DNA from: Eledone cirrhosa
Lineage: Eukaryota
NCBI GenBank assembly: GCA_964016885.1
Contig: OZ024743.1
Coordinates: 162,874,001-162,938,000 of the forward strand
Length of the DNA stretch: 64,000 nucleotides
Reading direction: 5' to 3'
The translations under genes were made by a program, and so were the position numbers. The first letter of the stretch is position 1. Every line of letters starts with the position of its first letter. Below are positions 24,826 to 35,900 of the stretch, one piece after another. The notes beneath the pieces are model-generated. The model was not told the origin of the DNA. It saw only the letters and a program-made list of their open reading frames with translations, and did no database searches.

Positions 24826-27462
24826 GGTTGGAGCATGTTTCTAGGGAGAAGGAGAGTGACTTGGTGTTGGAACAGTAAGGTGGAGAAGACAATTAAGGCC
24901 AAAAGACAGGCATGGAAAGAATGGCAAGATGGGGGGGGGGGGGTAGAGAACACTACCAGGAGGCTAGAAGAGAAGCTAGGCAACAAGAAGGGAAGCAGAA
25001 GATAAAAAATTTAAGCATGTTCTGCGCGTGAACCAGAGGCGTGGAGTGTCCAGGATTGTGAGACAATGTGTCACGGAAAATTGTGATATCATTGGGAAGA
25101 AGTGTGTCTGCGACGACAACGGAGTACTTGCCCTCACTGATGCTGAAAAGGTGTATGGAAGTGTCACTGTGAAAGCTACTAAATGAGGAGAATGAATGGG
25201 ATGAAGATAGCTTGTCCTCAGTTGACCCAACAGAGGGACTGGCTGTGCAAGTTAGCAGTAGTATAGTAAATAAAGTAACCAAAGATATGAAGACAGGCAA
25301 AGCAACTGGAATGGTGGGTCACCTGTATAGTAAACCAAGTTATATGAAATGATGTCATACCAAATGACTGGCATAGCAACAGCATCATTAACTGTTACAA
25401 GGGCAAAGGAGATGCTCTAGACAGGGGAAACTATAGAGGCACCAAGCTGGTTGATCAGGTCATGAAGGCCACAGCTAATTAGAGACTGAGTCAATTTTGA
25501 TGAAATGCAGTTTGGATTTGTGCCAGGTAAAAGTACCATGGATGCTCTCTTCCTTGTGAGGTAGCTGCAGGAGAAGTACCTAGCTAAATGTAAACCCCTC
25601 TACTTAGCTTTTATTGACTTGGAGAAAGCCTTTGACAGTCCCCCGTTCCATTATCTGGTGGGCTCTTGAAAACTAGGAGTAGATGAGTGACTTGTGAAAG
25701 CTATACAAGCCATGTATAGAGGAACAGTCAGCAAGGTTAGAATTAACAATGACTATAGTGAAGAATTTAGTGTGCAGGTAGGTGTCGATCACGGCTCTGT
25801 TCTTAACCCTTTCCTGTTTACTATAACAGAAGAGTTTAAGACTGGCTGCCTCTGGGAACTTCTGTATGCAGATGATCTAACCCTCATAGCTAAATCTATG
25901 GCAGAATTTGAGAAGAAATTCCAAACTTGGAATCAAAAGGTCTTAAAGTTAACTTGTCAAAGACTAAAGTGCAAGTATTTAGAAAGGAAAATAGGGTCCA
26001 AGTCCCCTCAGGGAATGGCCTTGCCCAGTGTGCAGGAAAGGAGTAGGTACAAATTCCATCCTATATCCCAAATGCAAGCTATGGGTACATAAAAGATGTA
26101 GTGGGATCACAGGCAGGCTATCAAAGAATGTAGGTTTTATATGCGGCCGATGCACAGGTGCAGTAAGTAGCAAGTACCCATTGGATATTAGCGCTTTCAA
26201 ATGTCCAGGCGACTCTAGAAATAGTTGACAGTTTCCATTACCTGGGTGACCAAATCTGAAAGTACAGTAGCCAGAGTAAGAACAGGATGGAGAAAGTTCA
26301 GGGAGCTACTACCGCTACTAACTACAAAAGGTTTTTCCCTTAAAATGAAGGGCAGATTGTATGATGTTTGTATACAAACAGCAATGTTACATGGTAGTAA
26401 GACCTTGGCATTGTGTACAGAGGATCTGCAAAGATCGGAAAAGAATAAAGCATGGTTGAGTAATAGTAATATACAGGAATGTTAAAGCATAAATGAACTG
26501 AGAGAGAAACTGGGCATTAGAGGGGTCAGATACACTATGCTAGAGAGGAGATTGTGTTGGTAGGGTTATGTGATGCATATGAAGGATGACAGCTATATAA
26601 AAAGGTGCAAGACAATCAAAGTTGATGGAAGCTATGGAGTAGGAAGATCTGGGATGAGATGATAAAAACTGACCTTGCGTAATTGCACCTCTCAAAATAA
26701 ATGACAGGATCAAGATCATTGTCATTATGCAGTAATACAGAAGACCCGCCTTCCCATGTGCACGGACTGAAACATACATCTAGTAGGCACCTCTTGCCCA
26801 CTATACCCCTTACTTCCATACACTGTAAAGTGGTTATGTAGGTGTCACGACAAAAAGCACCCAGCCCACTCTGTAAAGTGGTCATGTAGGTGTCACGACA
26901 AAAAGCACCCAGCCCACTCTGTAAAGTGGTCATGTAGGTGTCACGACAAAAAGCACCCAGCCCACTCTGTAAAGTGGTCATGTAGGTGTCACGACAAAAA
27001 GCACCCAGCCCACTCTGTAAAGTGGTCATGTAGGTGTCATGTCACGACAAAAAGCACCCAGCCCACTCTGTAAAGTGGTCATGTAGGTGTCACGACAAAA
27101 AGCACCCAGCCCACTCTGTAAAGTGGTCATGTAGGTGTCACGACAAAAAGCACCCAGCCCACTCTGTAAAGTGGTCATGTAGGTGTCACGACAAAAAGCA
27201 CCCAGCCCACTGTAAAGTGGTCATGTAGGTGTCACGACAAAAAGCACCCAGCCCACTGTAAAGTGGTCATGTAGGTGTCATGACAAAAAGCACCCACCCA
27301 GTACACACTGTAAATGTGGTTGACATTAGGAAGGGAATCCAGCCATAAAAACCAAGCCAGAAACAGTTTGTATGAGCAAGACCTGACCCAACTTGCCTCA
27401 AACATTACAACCCGCCTAACCCATGCTAGCGTGGAAAATGGACGTTAAATGATAATGATGAT
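24826..27462 (+). mobile_element. RTE-clade LINE with expanded 3' minisatellite
   Basis: Degraded RT motifs (QFGF, DLEKAFD, LYADD), C-terminus, 3' UTR and (GAT)n tail. Confidence 0.9.
26823..27300 (+). repeat. 48-bp tandem repeat, about 10 copies
   Basis: Unit ctgtaaagtggtcatgtaggtgtcacgacaaaaagcacccagcccact, near identical; some units 46 or 53 bp. Confidence 0.95.
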
Positions 27463-27587
27463 GTTTTGATCTCTCATTGTCAGCTGAACTGTTCCTAGAT
27501 GTATAAGGGAGCCAAAAAAACAGCCAAGTACTCATTGTAAAAATATATAAAGTAACATAAATACAATATACATTCTTTTATTGTATA

Positions 27588-28650
27588 CTAGCATTAAAGC
27601 CCGGCGTTGCTCAGGGTCATTAAGTTACCAAAGTTAGGTTGCACCACCCATTTTATGGCAGCACTTTTTTGTCTGCCAGGCACTGGGTGAATGAATTGCA
27701 GACCTGGAAGCATGAGCTGCGCCAGCAGTGACAATTGTAGTTTCGCCTATGGATATTATCTCTGTGCAAAAAAGTGTTGAAATTTATTGTTTCACAGTAC
27801 TTGCGCAAGACGCGCATAGACGATGCCAGCCGAACAACAGAGCTGCGATGGAGTTGTTCTGCATGGTTGTCTGTGTGTTTTCTAAATTTAAGACAGTAGG
27901 GAGGGTTGTGATATGAGGGAGAGTTAGCTGTTGTTTCTAGCAGGTTTAGTGACCTCATAGAGGATATGTGTTTTCTAAATTTAAGACAGTAGGGAGTGGT
28001 GTGATATGGGGGAGAGTTAGCTGCTGTTTCTAGCAGGTTTAGTAACCTCATAGAGGATATGTGTTTTCTAAATTTAAGACAGTAGGGCTTGTTTGTGTGT
28101 ATATATGTGTTTGCAAGCAAGTGTGTGCGTGGGTGGAGGTATATGTATATGTATGTACGTGTTTGTGTGTACGGGTATATATACGTGTATGCACACGTGT
28201 GTGTGTATGTGGACATGTGTCTGTGTATGTATGTGCCTCTCTGGATGCATGTATGTTTATATATTCTCCTTAAATGTGTGTGTATTGCGGGAGTCTATGT
28301 GTACGACTGTCGTTATCTATGTGATTATGTGTGTCTGTGAGTGCGCGCATGGATGTGTAAACTACCAAACACATCATTTATTGAAGTGTAGCAGACATGG
28401 GACAGACAGCGCCCTGATGGTCAGCGGACTGGTACCTGTGGTCAGAATTATGATGACGTGAACAACCAGCGGCCAATCACAGGACACGCGAAGAGGATGA
28501 AGTTTTTGACGGTACTGGCCCAGAGCGTCAGATAACCCAGTGAGAGAATATACTCCGAAATCATTAGACGTGTCCGTCGAACCGGCGGATCCAGAATCAG
28601 ACAGATCCACACAATGATCACGTCTCGATTTTTCGTTTTCTATTATATAT
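27588..28650 (-). mobile_element. Non-autonomous Helitron
   Basis: Minus-strand 3' end ccctgagcaacgccggg hairpin plus CTAG (27588-27591); 5' end (TA)n-ATAATAGAAAACG; internal 93-bp tandem repeat (~27875-28087) and GT-rich tract. Confidence 0.65.
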
Positions 28651-28960
28651 ATATATATATATAATATAAAAACAAATAACGAAACGAAATTAAATTTTGT
28701 TTCGTTTGTAACTCACTTTTGTATGACTGACGCTTAAACAATTAAGTTAAAAATGTACATCCGCATATGTATACTGAAATATTAGTATGCATATGAATAC
28801 ACACACGTATACATATGTAGATGTACCAAGTCTTTCACTGGTTACTTTACTGTGAGTATCCAGCTATTCTGTATGTAAACACACAGACAAACCGGTTTTT
28901 AGAGTCATACTGGTTTTTGAGGAAACACCTTTCCTCTATTCTCCAGAAAGCCAGACAAGG

Positions 28961-29005
28961 AATATTGAACTAGTTTCGTTGTTGTTACAACTCATCAGCA
29001 ATATT
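28961..29005 (-). ncRNA. Minimal type I hammerhead ribozyme
   Basis: Exact reverse complement of 29835-29879. Confidence 0.8.
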
Positions 29006-29834
29006 TACCTATCTACCGGCCTTTCTGGAGAATCGTAAAAGCACATATCGTTATATGCTTTTTCTATGAAAATTAGTAGTGGGCAGACTAATTTGCATAG
29101 AGTGTGAGTACGTACCGGTTCAACGGAGACGATAAAAACAAATAACGAAACGAAATTAAATTTCGTTTCGTTTGTAACTCACTTTTGTATGACTGACGCT
29201 TAAACAATTAAGTTAAAAATGTACATCCGCATATGTATACTGAAATACTAGTATGCATATGAATACACACACGTATACATATGTAGATGTACCAAGTCTT
29301 TCACTGGTTACTTTACTGTGAGTATCCAGCTATTCTGTATGTAAACACACAGACAAACCGGTTTTTAGAGTCATACTGGTTTTTGAGGAAACAAACGAAA
29401 CTAGTTCAATATTCCTTGTCTGGCTTTCTGGAGAATAGAGGAAAGGTGTTTCCTCAAAAACCAGTATGACTCTAAAAACCGGTTTGTCTGTGTGTTTACA
29501 TACAGAATAGCTGGATACTCACAGTAAAGTAACCAGTGAAAGACTTGGTACATCTACATATGTATACGTGTGTGTATTCATATGCATACTAGTATTTCAG
29601 TATACATATGCGGATGTACATTTTTAACTTAATTGTTTAAGCGTCAGTCATACAAAAGTGAGTTACAAACGAAACGAAATTTAATTTCGTTTCGTTATTT
29701 GTTTTTATCGTCTCCGTTGAACCGGTACGTACTCACACTCTATGCAAATTAGTCTGCCCACTACTAATTTTCATAGAAAAAGCATATAACGATATGTGCT
29801 TTTACGATTCTCCAGAAAGGCCGGTAGATAGGTA

Positions 29835-29879
29835 AATATTGCTGATGAGTTGTAACAACAACGAAACTAGTTCAATATT
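29835..29879 (+). ncRNA. Minimal type I hammerhead ribozyme
   Basis: aatattg-CTGATGA-gttgt(aaca)acaac-GAAA-c(ta)g-TT-caatatt: 7-bp stem I, 5-bp stem II, palindromic stem III region AACTAGTT, GUU cleavage triplet. Confidence 0.82.
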
Positions 29880-30103
29880 CCTTGTCTGGCTTTCTGGAGA
29901 ATAGAGGAAAGGTGTTTCCTCAAAAACCAGTATGACTCTAAAAACCGGTTTGTCTGTGTGTTTACATACAGAATAGCTGGATACTCACAGTAAAGTAACC
30001 AGTGAAAGACTTGGTACATCTACATATGTATACGTGTGTGTATTCATATGCATACTAGTATTTCAGTATACATATGCGGATGTACATTTTTAACTTAATT
30101 GTT

Positions 30104-30167
<64 letters not shown>
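30104..30167. repeat. (TA)n microsatellite
   Basis: About 30 TA units directly visible. Confidence 0.95.
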
Positions 30168-30169
<2 letters not shown>

Positions 30170-30960
30170 GAGGCCCTAGCAGGTCTTTGAGAAATTATGG
30201 GAGTATTGCCAAGAAATATATTCTTGTTTGTTAGACCTCGAAAGGGCATATGAGCGTGTTCCTCATGACTTGAAATGAAAATCAGTGCTGTGAAAACTAA
30301 GACACTCGTCCTCTCAAGGAAGCCTGCACAGTGCACTCTATATGTGAATGAAGTGCCACTGAAGCAGGTGGAGAAGTTCAAGTATCTCAGAGGCCATGTT
30401 CATGAGTGATGGAAGGCAGGAGGCTGAATTAAGTGTAAGAATTGCTGGAGCTGGTGTAGTAATGCTTCAGCATTCAGTAATCAGAAGGGGGGTAGGTGTA
30501 AAAGCCAAACTTGCTATCTTCAATTTGGTATTCGTGCCAACCCATACCTATGGTCATGAATCTTGGATTATGACCAAAAGAATATGATCGCAAATACTAG
30601 CGGCTGAAATAGGGTTCTTCTGAAAAGTCTTTGGAGTAATGATATTCGATAGAGTGTGTAGCTCAGAGATCAGAGAGTCACTCCAGGTAGAGCCACTACT
30701 TCTCTGAATTGAAAGATCACAGCTCCGATACCGTGGGTATGTGGTTAGAATATTTCAGAAAAGAATCAATGGATAAATCTTATGGGCAAAAACCAACCAG
30801 CAGAAGATCCAGGGGTTGACCCCGAGTAAGATGGTTGGGTAACATCCATGAGCTCGGCTGGTCTTGCTTGGTGATCCAGCCGGATCAGTTGGAGATGGTT
30901 GCTTCTGACCGGACTCTGCTCCTCCCACAACCCTCTCAATTATATGTGGGTGAAGAGAAG
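30170..30960 (+). mobile_element. RTE-like LINE, second family, internally deleted 3' part
   Basis: FVDLxKAY-like, QVEKFKYL, TYGHESW; similar to 62340-63450. Confidence 0.75.
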
Positions 30961-30982
30961 GACCCTGAGGTGGTATGCCCCT

Positions 30983-31570
30983 AAACTATAGCTTATAAGT
31001 ATGTCTAGTATGGAAGACCGTTTATAAACAAAATAAGTTGCCAGCAGCCCTTACGAGGAATTGAACTTAGCTCAATGGCTAGAGCAGTCAGTCGGTATAT
31101 GTTTAGGCTTGATTACTCATGGTGGCCACTGACAACTTTTTCTGTCTATAAGTGGTCTTTATCGGATTTTCTAAACTATTGATAGCAACTGACTGTGAGC
31201 ATATGACCACCAGAATTGGTCAAGCATGGAGTACAATAAATTAATTGCAAAACGTCTGGAAGACTCCCATCAGAAGCTCTACACAGTGCAGATCTTCAAG
31301 GCCATCTTTGCTTTATGATTCGGAGTCATGGACTTTCAGTGTCACCCACTCAAAGAGACTTAATGGTTCCTACAAGGACATCCAAACACAACCATTGGGA
31401 CTCTGTTGGCGAAGGACACTGGCCTCACGGAATGTGATCTTGCTGCAATGAGAAATCGTGAAGTCTGGAACAATAACTTTGTGGGCTTTACCTTCGGAGA
31501 GATAATTCAAGGAGAAAACTATTTAGTTATTTTCCTGCGTCCGAGTATACTACATTTTGTATAAAATATA
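30983..31570. repeat. Palindromic tRNA-related repeat, copy 2, interrupted by a LINE fragment (~31200-31515)
   Basis: Inverted arms ~31013-31063 and ~31110-31159 around ttagctcaatggctagagca; homologous to 18.9-19.3 kb. Confidence 0.55.
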
Positions 31571-31689
31571 CTATTATTTCATATACTTATGCAGGCAAAT
31601 CACTCATCACAACAATGGACACTGAACTTTCTCTCGTGTGTGTGTCTACATCTTTCACTTATATCGACGTAGGATATAAATATCGGCTA

Positions 31690-32205
31690 AAAACCGGTGC
31701 TCTCCGAACCAAGACCACTGATTTACAGGCGCTGTTAAATTTATAGAACATTTTTTCCCAGGTTTGCCCGTGTGTTTTCAACTAATTTCAATTAAGAGTA
31801 GATTAGATGAAAACTAGAAAAAAAAATTCTTAGAGACCCCCTGCGGATGCTTTTCTATAAATTGAAACGACTGACAGGCGTTTATCTGTAACTCTAATTG
31901 ATATCACACGAAAAAGGCTAGGGAAAAGAATTTCTTTGCGAACTCCAGTGGGCGTTTTTCTATAAATTTATCCAGGCATTTTCTTGAAAGTCGTTTTTAG
32001 AAATGGAGTGAACCTGTAACTAACGACTCTACTGTTTACAAATTACGATATTGAATAAAAAAAAAAGTTCACGAAATTGTTTACAATAGCAGAAACAGTA
32101 AAGGGAGGTAACGTAAAACAATTTTTTTTAAACATTACTTTTATACTTTCTTCCACCGAAGAGTGACTATTACCCGCGAAAAAACGATTTGTAATCGAAC
32201 AAGAA
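31690..32205 (+). promoter_or_regulatory. Putative ORC2 promoter/5' UTR with E2F-like site
   Basis: Repeat-free and relatively CpG-rich; ccgcgaaaa (TTTTCGCGG) at 32174-32182; repeated ttttctataaatt motif. Confidence 0.5.
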
Positions 32206-32329
32206 ATGGAATTGACGGATGACAAAGATTTAGAAAAGGTATTATCAACACGGAAGTCGATACGAGTAAGATTTGTAAATGACGAAGACATCGTCCAACA
32301 TATTGTCCATCTGAAAGATAGAAAGACAG
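32206..32329 (+). CDS. ORC2: Origin recognition complex subunit 2, coding exon 1
   Basis: MELTDD...IRVRFVNDEDIVQHI resembles the animal ORC2 N-terminal motif; GTAAAA donor, phase 1. Confidence 0.85.
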
Positions 32330-32979
32330 GTAAAAATAACTTATTTATTCAGTCATATTACATTGCCAGGTTGTTTTACTCTTGTTTATATAAAATTCAC
32401 TTATTATACTCTTGTTTTTACTCCTTTCACTTGAGGATAGGAGTAATAAATTAGACGTTGTCTGGCGGTACGTATCTGCAGTGCAACTTAATTGACCGTG
32501 AATAGCACGGTTTTATAGAGTTGTAGTGGTAACAATTATATGACTTAGTTCGTGTTGTGTAGCCCCCAAAGTCAGCTCTGATGGAGCAGAGCTATAGTAC
32601 GAAGATTGTCTGTCGAACGACTAGTTGTCACTCATAGATCTGTTCCAGATATACTATAACTCCGCCTAACTGAGAATCAATTATTCTGGTGATATTGATG
32701 TAGATGTTCCGTTTGATAAATGCGAATGGGGTGGGTGTTTAGTAGCGAGTTTGTGGAATGACAAGACAAGGCGAAATGGGGTGAAGGCATCGGGTGGTCT
32801 TGGATGGTGGGGCAACATCAGAGGAGAAAAAAGTCATGGTGATAGCAGAGCTAGAAGAAACAGTATGTGTTGGTTAGTGATTCTTCGGTAGTTAATCGAA
32901 TAAGCTTTCTTTTATTTATTTATTTATTTTTTTAGGTTGCCCAGAATATCGTTGTGTGTAATAGAGGCTGTGCCTTAGA

Positions 32980-35900
32980 TATAATAATGAAATTATCGTG
33001 TACAGTGCTCAGGTGCACTACAACTCATCAAAGGAGCATGTATAGTACATAGAATAATCTTCAAATGTCAGGAAAATGAACAGTGTACGAGTCATGAAAT
33101 ACATGTGTGCGTGTGTGTGGAGGGGGCATCAGGTGCAGTGTTATCGAATCTCAGAAAGCATGGAGGTTTTAAAGGATGCAGTGTCTCGAAGCTAACAACT
33201 GATGCAGGCAGTTTGTTCCATGCTTCAGCAACTCTGAGCATGAAAAAATGTTTCCAAAAGTCATGGTAGCTGTGCTGTTTTCTGACTTTGTAGGCATGCT
33301 CATGTGTGTTAGACACATGGAAATCAAAAATGTGTTCAGGGTTGTTGTTGGCAAGATGGTTAATAATTTTGTGGGTGTTTACCAGATGTCGGAGCTTCAA
33401 TGTATCCATGCCCAGGGAAGTAAGGCGTTCAAAGTATGGTAGATGCCTGATGGAGGGTATTCGCTTGGTTGCACATCTCTGAACAGTTTCCAGGAGGTCA
33501 ATGTTCTGAGCAAGATAGGGGTTCCAGACTGGTGATGCAAATTCTAAGTGTGGCCGCACATTAGCTATATACAGCTTTAAATAGATAGCTGGAGAGTGGC
33601 TGACAAAGGTCTTGCTGAGTGATGCTAAGACACCCTCGGCCATCTTGACAATATTAGAGACGTGTTTTGTCCAACGCAAATTGCTGCTGACAGTAATGCC
33701 CAGGTCACATTCACAAGAAGACTTCTTAATATTAGTTTTGTGGAGAGGGTATGTGGGCGCTGGGTTTTTACTCCCAAAATACATGGTGGTACACTTGTCT
33801 ACAGCCAGCTTCAGTTGCCAGTCCATGATCCATTGCTGCATTGTGTCCAGGTCTGATTGCAGGAAAGATCTATAGTGTTCAGGATCTGTCCTTTTTAGCT
33901 CAAAGTACAGCTTGATGTCATCTGCATATTTCAGTACTGTGGCATTCTTTAAATTGGCATCTATGTCATTAATATATACCACAAACAAAAGGGGACCAAG
34001 AACAGATCCCTGTGGTACACCAGATGACATCTTATGCGGTGAGGAATGCTGTGCTAGAACTGTGACTACCTCTCTTCGACTGAGAATGAAGGACTTCAAC
34101 CAGTTAAAAAGATCATCCTTCACACCCATTGCAGAGAGTTTTGCCATAAGTCTTTTGTGTGGCACAGAATTGAAAGCTTTAGCAAAGTCAAGGTAAACAA
34201 CATCCACCCATGAGCCGCCATTAGGGATCCGGGTGATGTCTTCAAGAAACTCGATAACTTGATACAGCAGCTGGAGTTAGGGATAAATCCAAATTGCGAG
34301 GGCCGGATAAGACTGAGAGTTCCAAAAGTTCCAAAGTGTTTCTCTGACACAGGATTCCATCAGTTTGGCAATGCAGTTAGTAAGACTGACTGGATGATAG
34401 TTGACAGGTGATGTACGGTCACCCTTTTTGAACAGAGGAATGACACTGGCAGTTTTTCACTGCTCCGGAGTTGTTCAGACAGAATTGAAAGAAGAGTGAT
34501 AGCTGGTGCACATTTGAGAATCGACACCATCAAGACCAGGAGCGGCATGGTTGCGTTTATTTTTAAAGTGATGTCGCAGCATTGCAGGTGTAAATTCCAT
34601 AGTTGTAATAGAATCCGATGTCAGAGGTGGTGGAGATGGTACAACAGTGAAAATGCCTGCATAGCATTCAGCAATGAGTTCTGCACATTCCTTGGGGTCG
34701 TCAGCAATCTGGCTTTTGTGGGGATTGCGAAGAGGACCAACTGGAGAGTGAGGCCTCTGCTTTGAGTGTACATACTTCCAGAACACCTTACTGTCAGTGT
34801 TGGTTGCTATGCGCTGTTCAAATTCAAGCACTGCCTTTTTTGTCACCTGCTTGAGATGGTTGGATGTTTTATTTCACTTTTTCCTATTGATATCTGATTT
34901 ACCAGTGGTTTCTTGAAGGCAGATATTTATATCTGTCTTCATTCTGATGACTGAAGACAGATATAAATATCTGCCTTCAAGATATCTGATTTATGCAGTT
35001 TGTATTCCTGTTCAGCATTACAACGTTCTTTCCTGGCAAGATAGACTGCTGCAATCTTGGGAGGTTTTTTCTGCTTACGTGGCACCGATGCTGCACATGC
35101 TGTCCATATTGAGTTCAGGATGTTCTGGAGTACAGTGTTGACATCTCCAGAGTTGTAAAATTCAAGCCAGTTTGGATGTTGCAGTAACAGTTCCAGTCAA
35201 AGTAAGCAGTTTGGAGATGGTTGTGGTTTTTGTTACTGCCCATGAGGAACAGATTGGCAATGATCATAGCATGATCAGAGTCCACGAAAGGTACCTCAGT
35301 AGTAACTCTAATAACTGTTTCAGGAGCAGTGGTGAAGAGTAGATCCAAAGTATTGTCACCTCTTGTTGGGAAGCTGACTACTTGGGACCAGTTCGAGTCC
35401 AGCACTAGCTCAAGGAAATCATTTGCACTTTGCGGCCAACGAAAGGTTTCCCAGTCAATCTCAGGGTGATTGAAGTCCCCTGCAATAAAAACATAAATGG
35501 CTGTTTTCCTGGCAGCAGCTCTGAGAATATCACAAAGTTGAGTGTCCTGATGGTAATTTGGGGAGCAGTAAACAACTCCAAGTAGAAGTGTTGACATGAT
35601 CATACGTATATCGCAGAAAAATACTCCTTGTTGCGATTCGTTCAAATCAACACAAGGAATTGCTGAAAGGTTTGAACAAATGTAGACCATTACACCACCA
35701 CCACGACGATTAATGTGGTCTTTACGAAACAAGTTGTAGCCAGTAATGCTGAAAACCCCATCACAGTAATGCTGAAAACCCCATCTGTGACTGTAATGAA
35801 GTCAGTGTCAATACTTTTGACGTAGGAATCAAAAAGATGTATCTTATTGCATAGACTACGTGCATTTAAGGACAACAATTTGTACCTTGATTCCAGTCTA

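Larger units (their letters stand above)
28666..30105. mobile_element. Penelope-like/retrozyme-like element: 466-bp unit in tandem plus inverted copies, between (TA)n tracts
   Basis: Period 466 (28666 vs 29132; 29396 vs 29862); orientation flips at 29393/29394; hammerhead motif in each full unit; no ORF. Confidence 0.8.

Noticed and set aside
26823-27300. CRISPR-like array and repetitive ORFs (26616-27029, 27034-27228)
   Set aside because: Head-to-tail identical units with no unique spacers, no cas genes, eukaryotic LINE 3' UTR context; ORFs are by-products of the 48-bp period
28666-29132. snRNA gene repeat (octamer ATTTGCAT at ~29091)
   Set aside because: No recognisable U-snRNA sequence; the hammerhead and tandem/inverted layout explain the unit better
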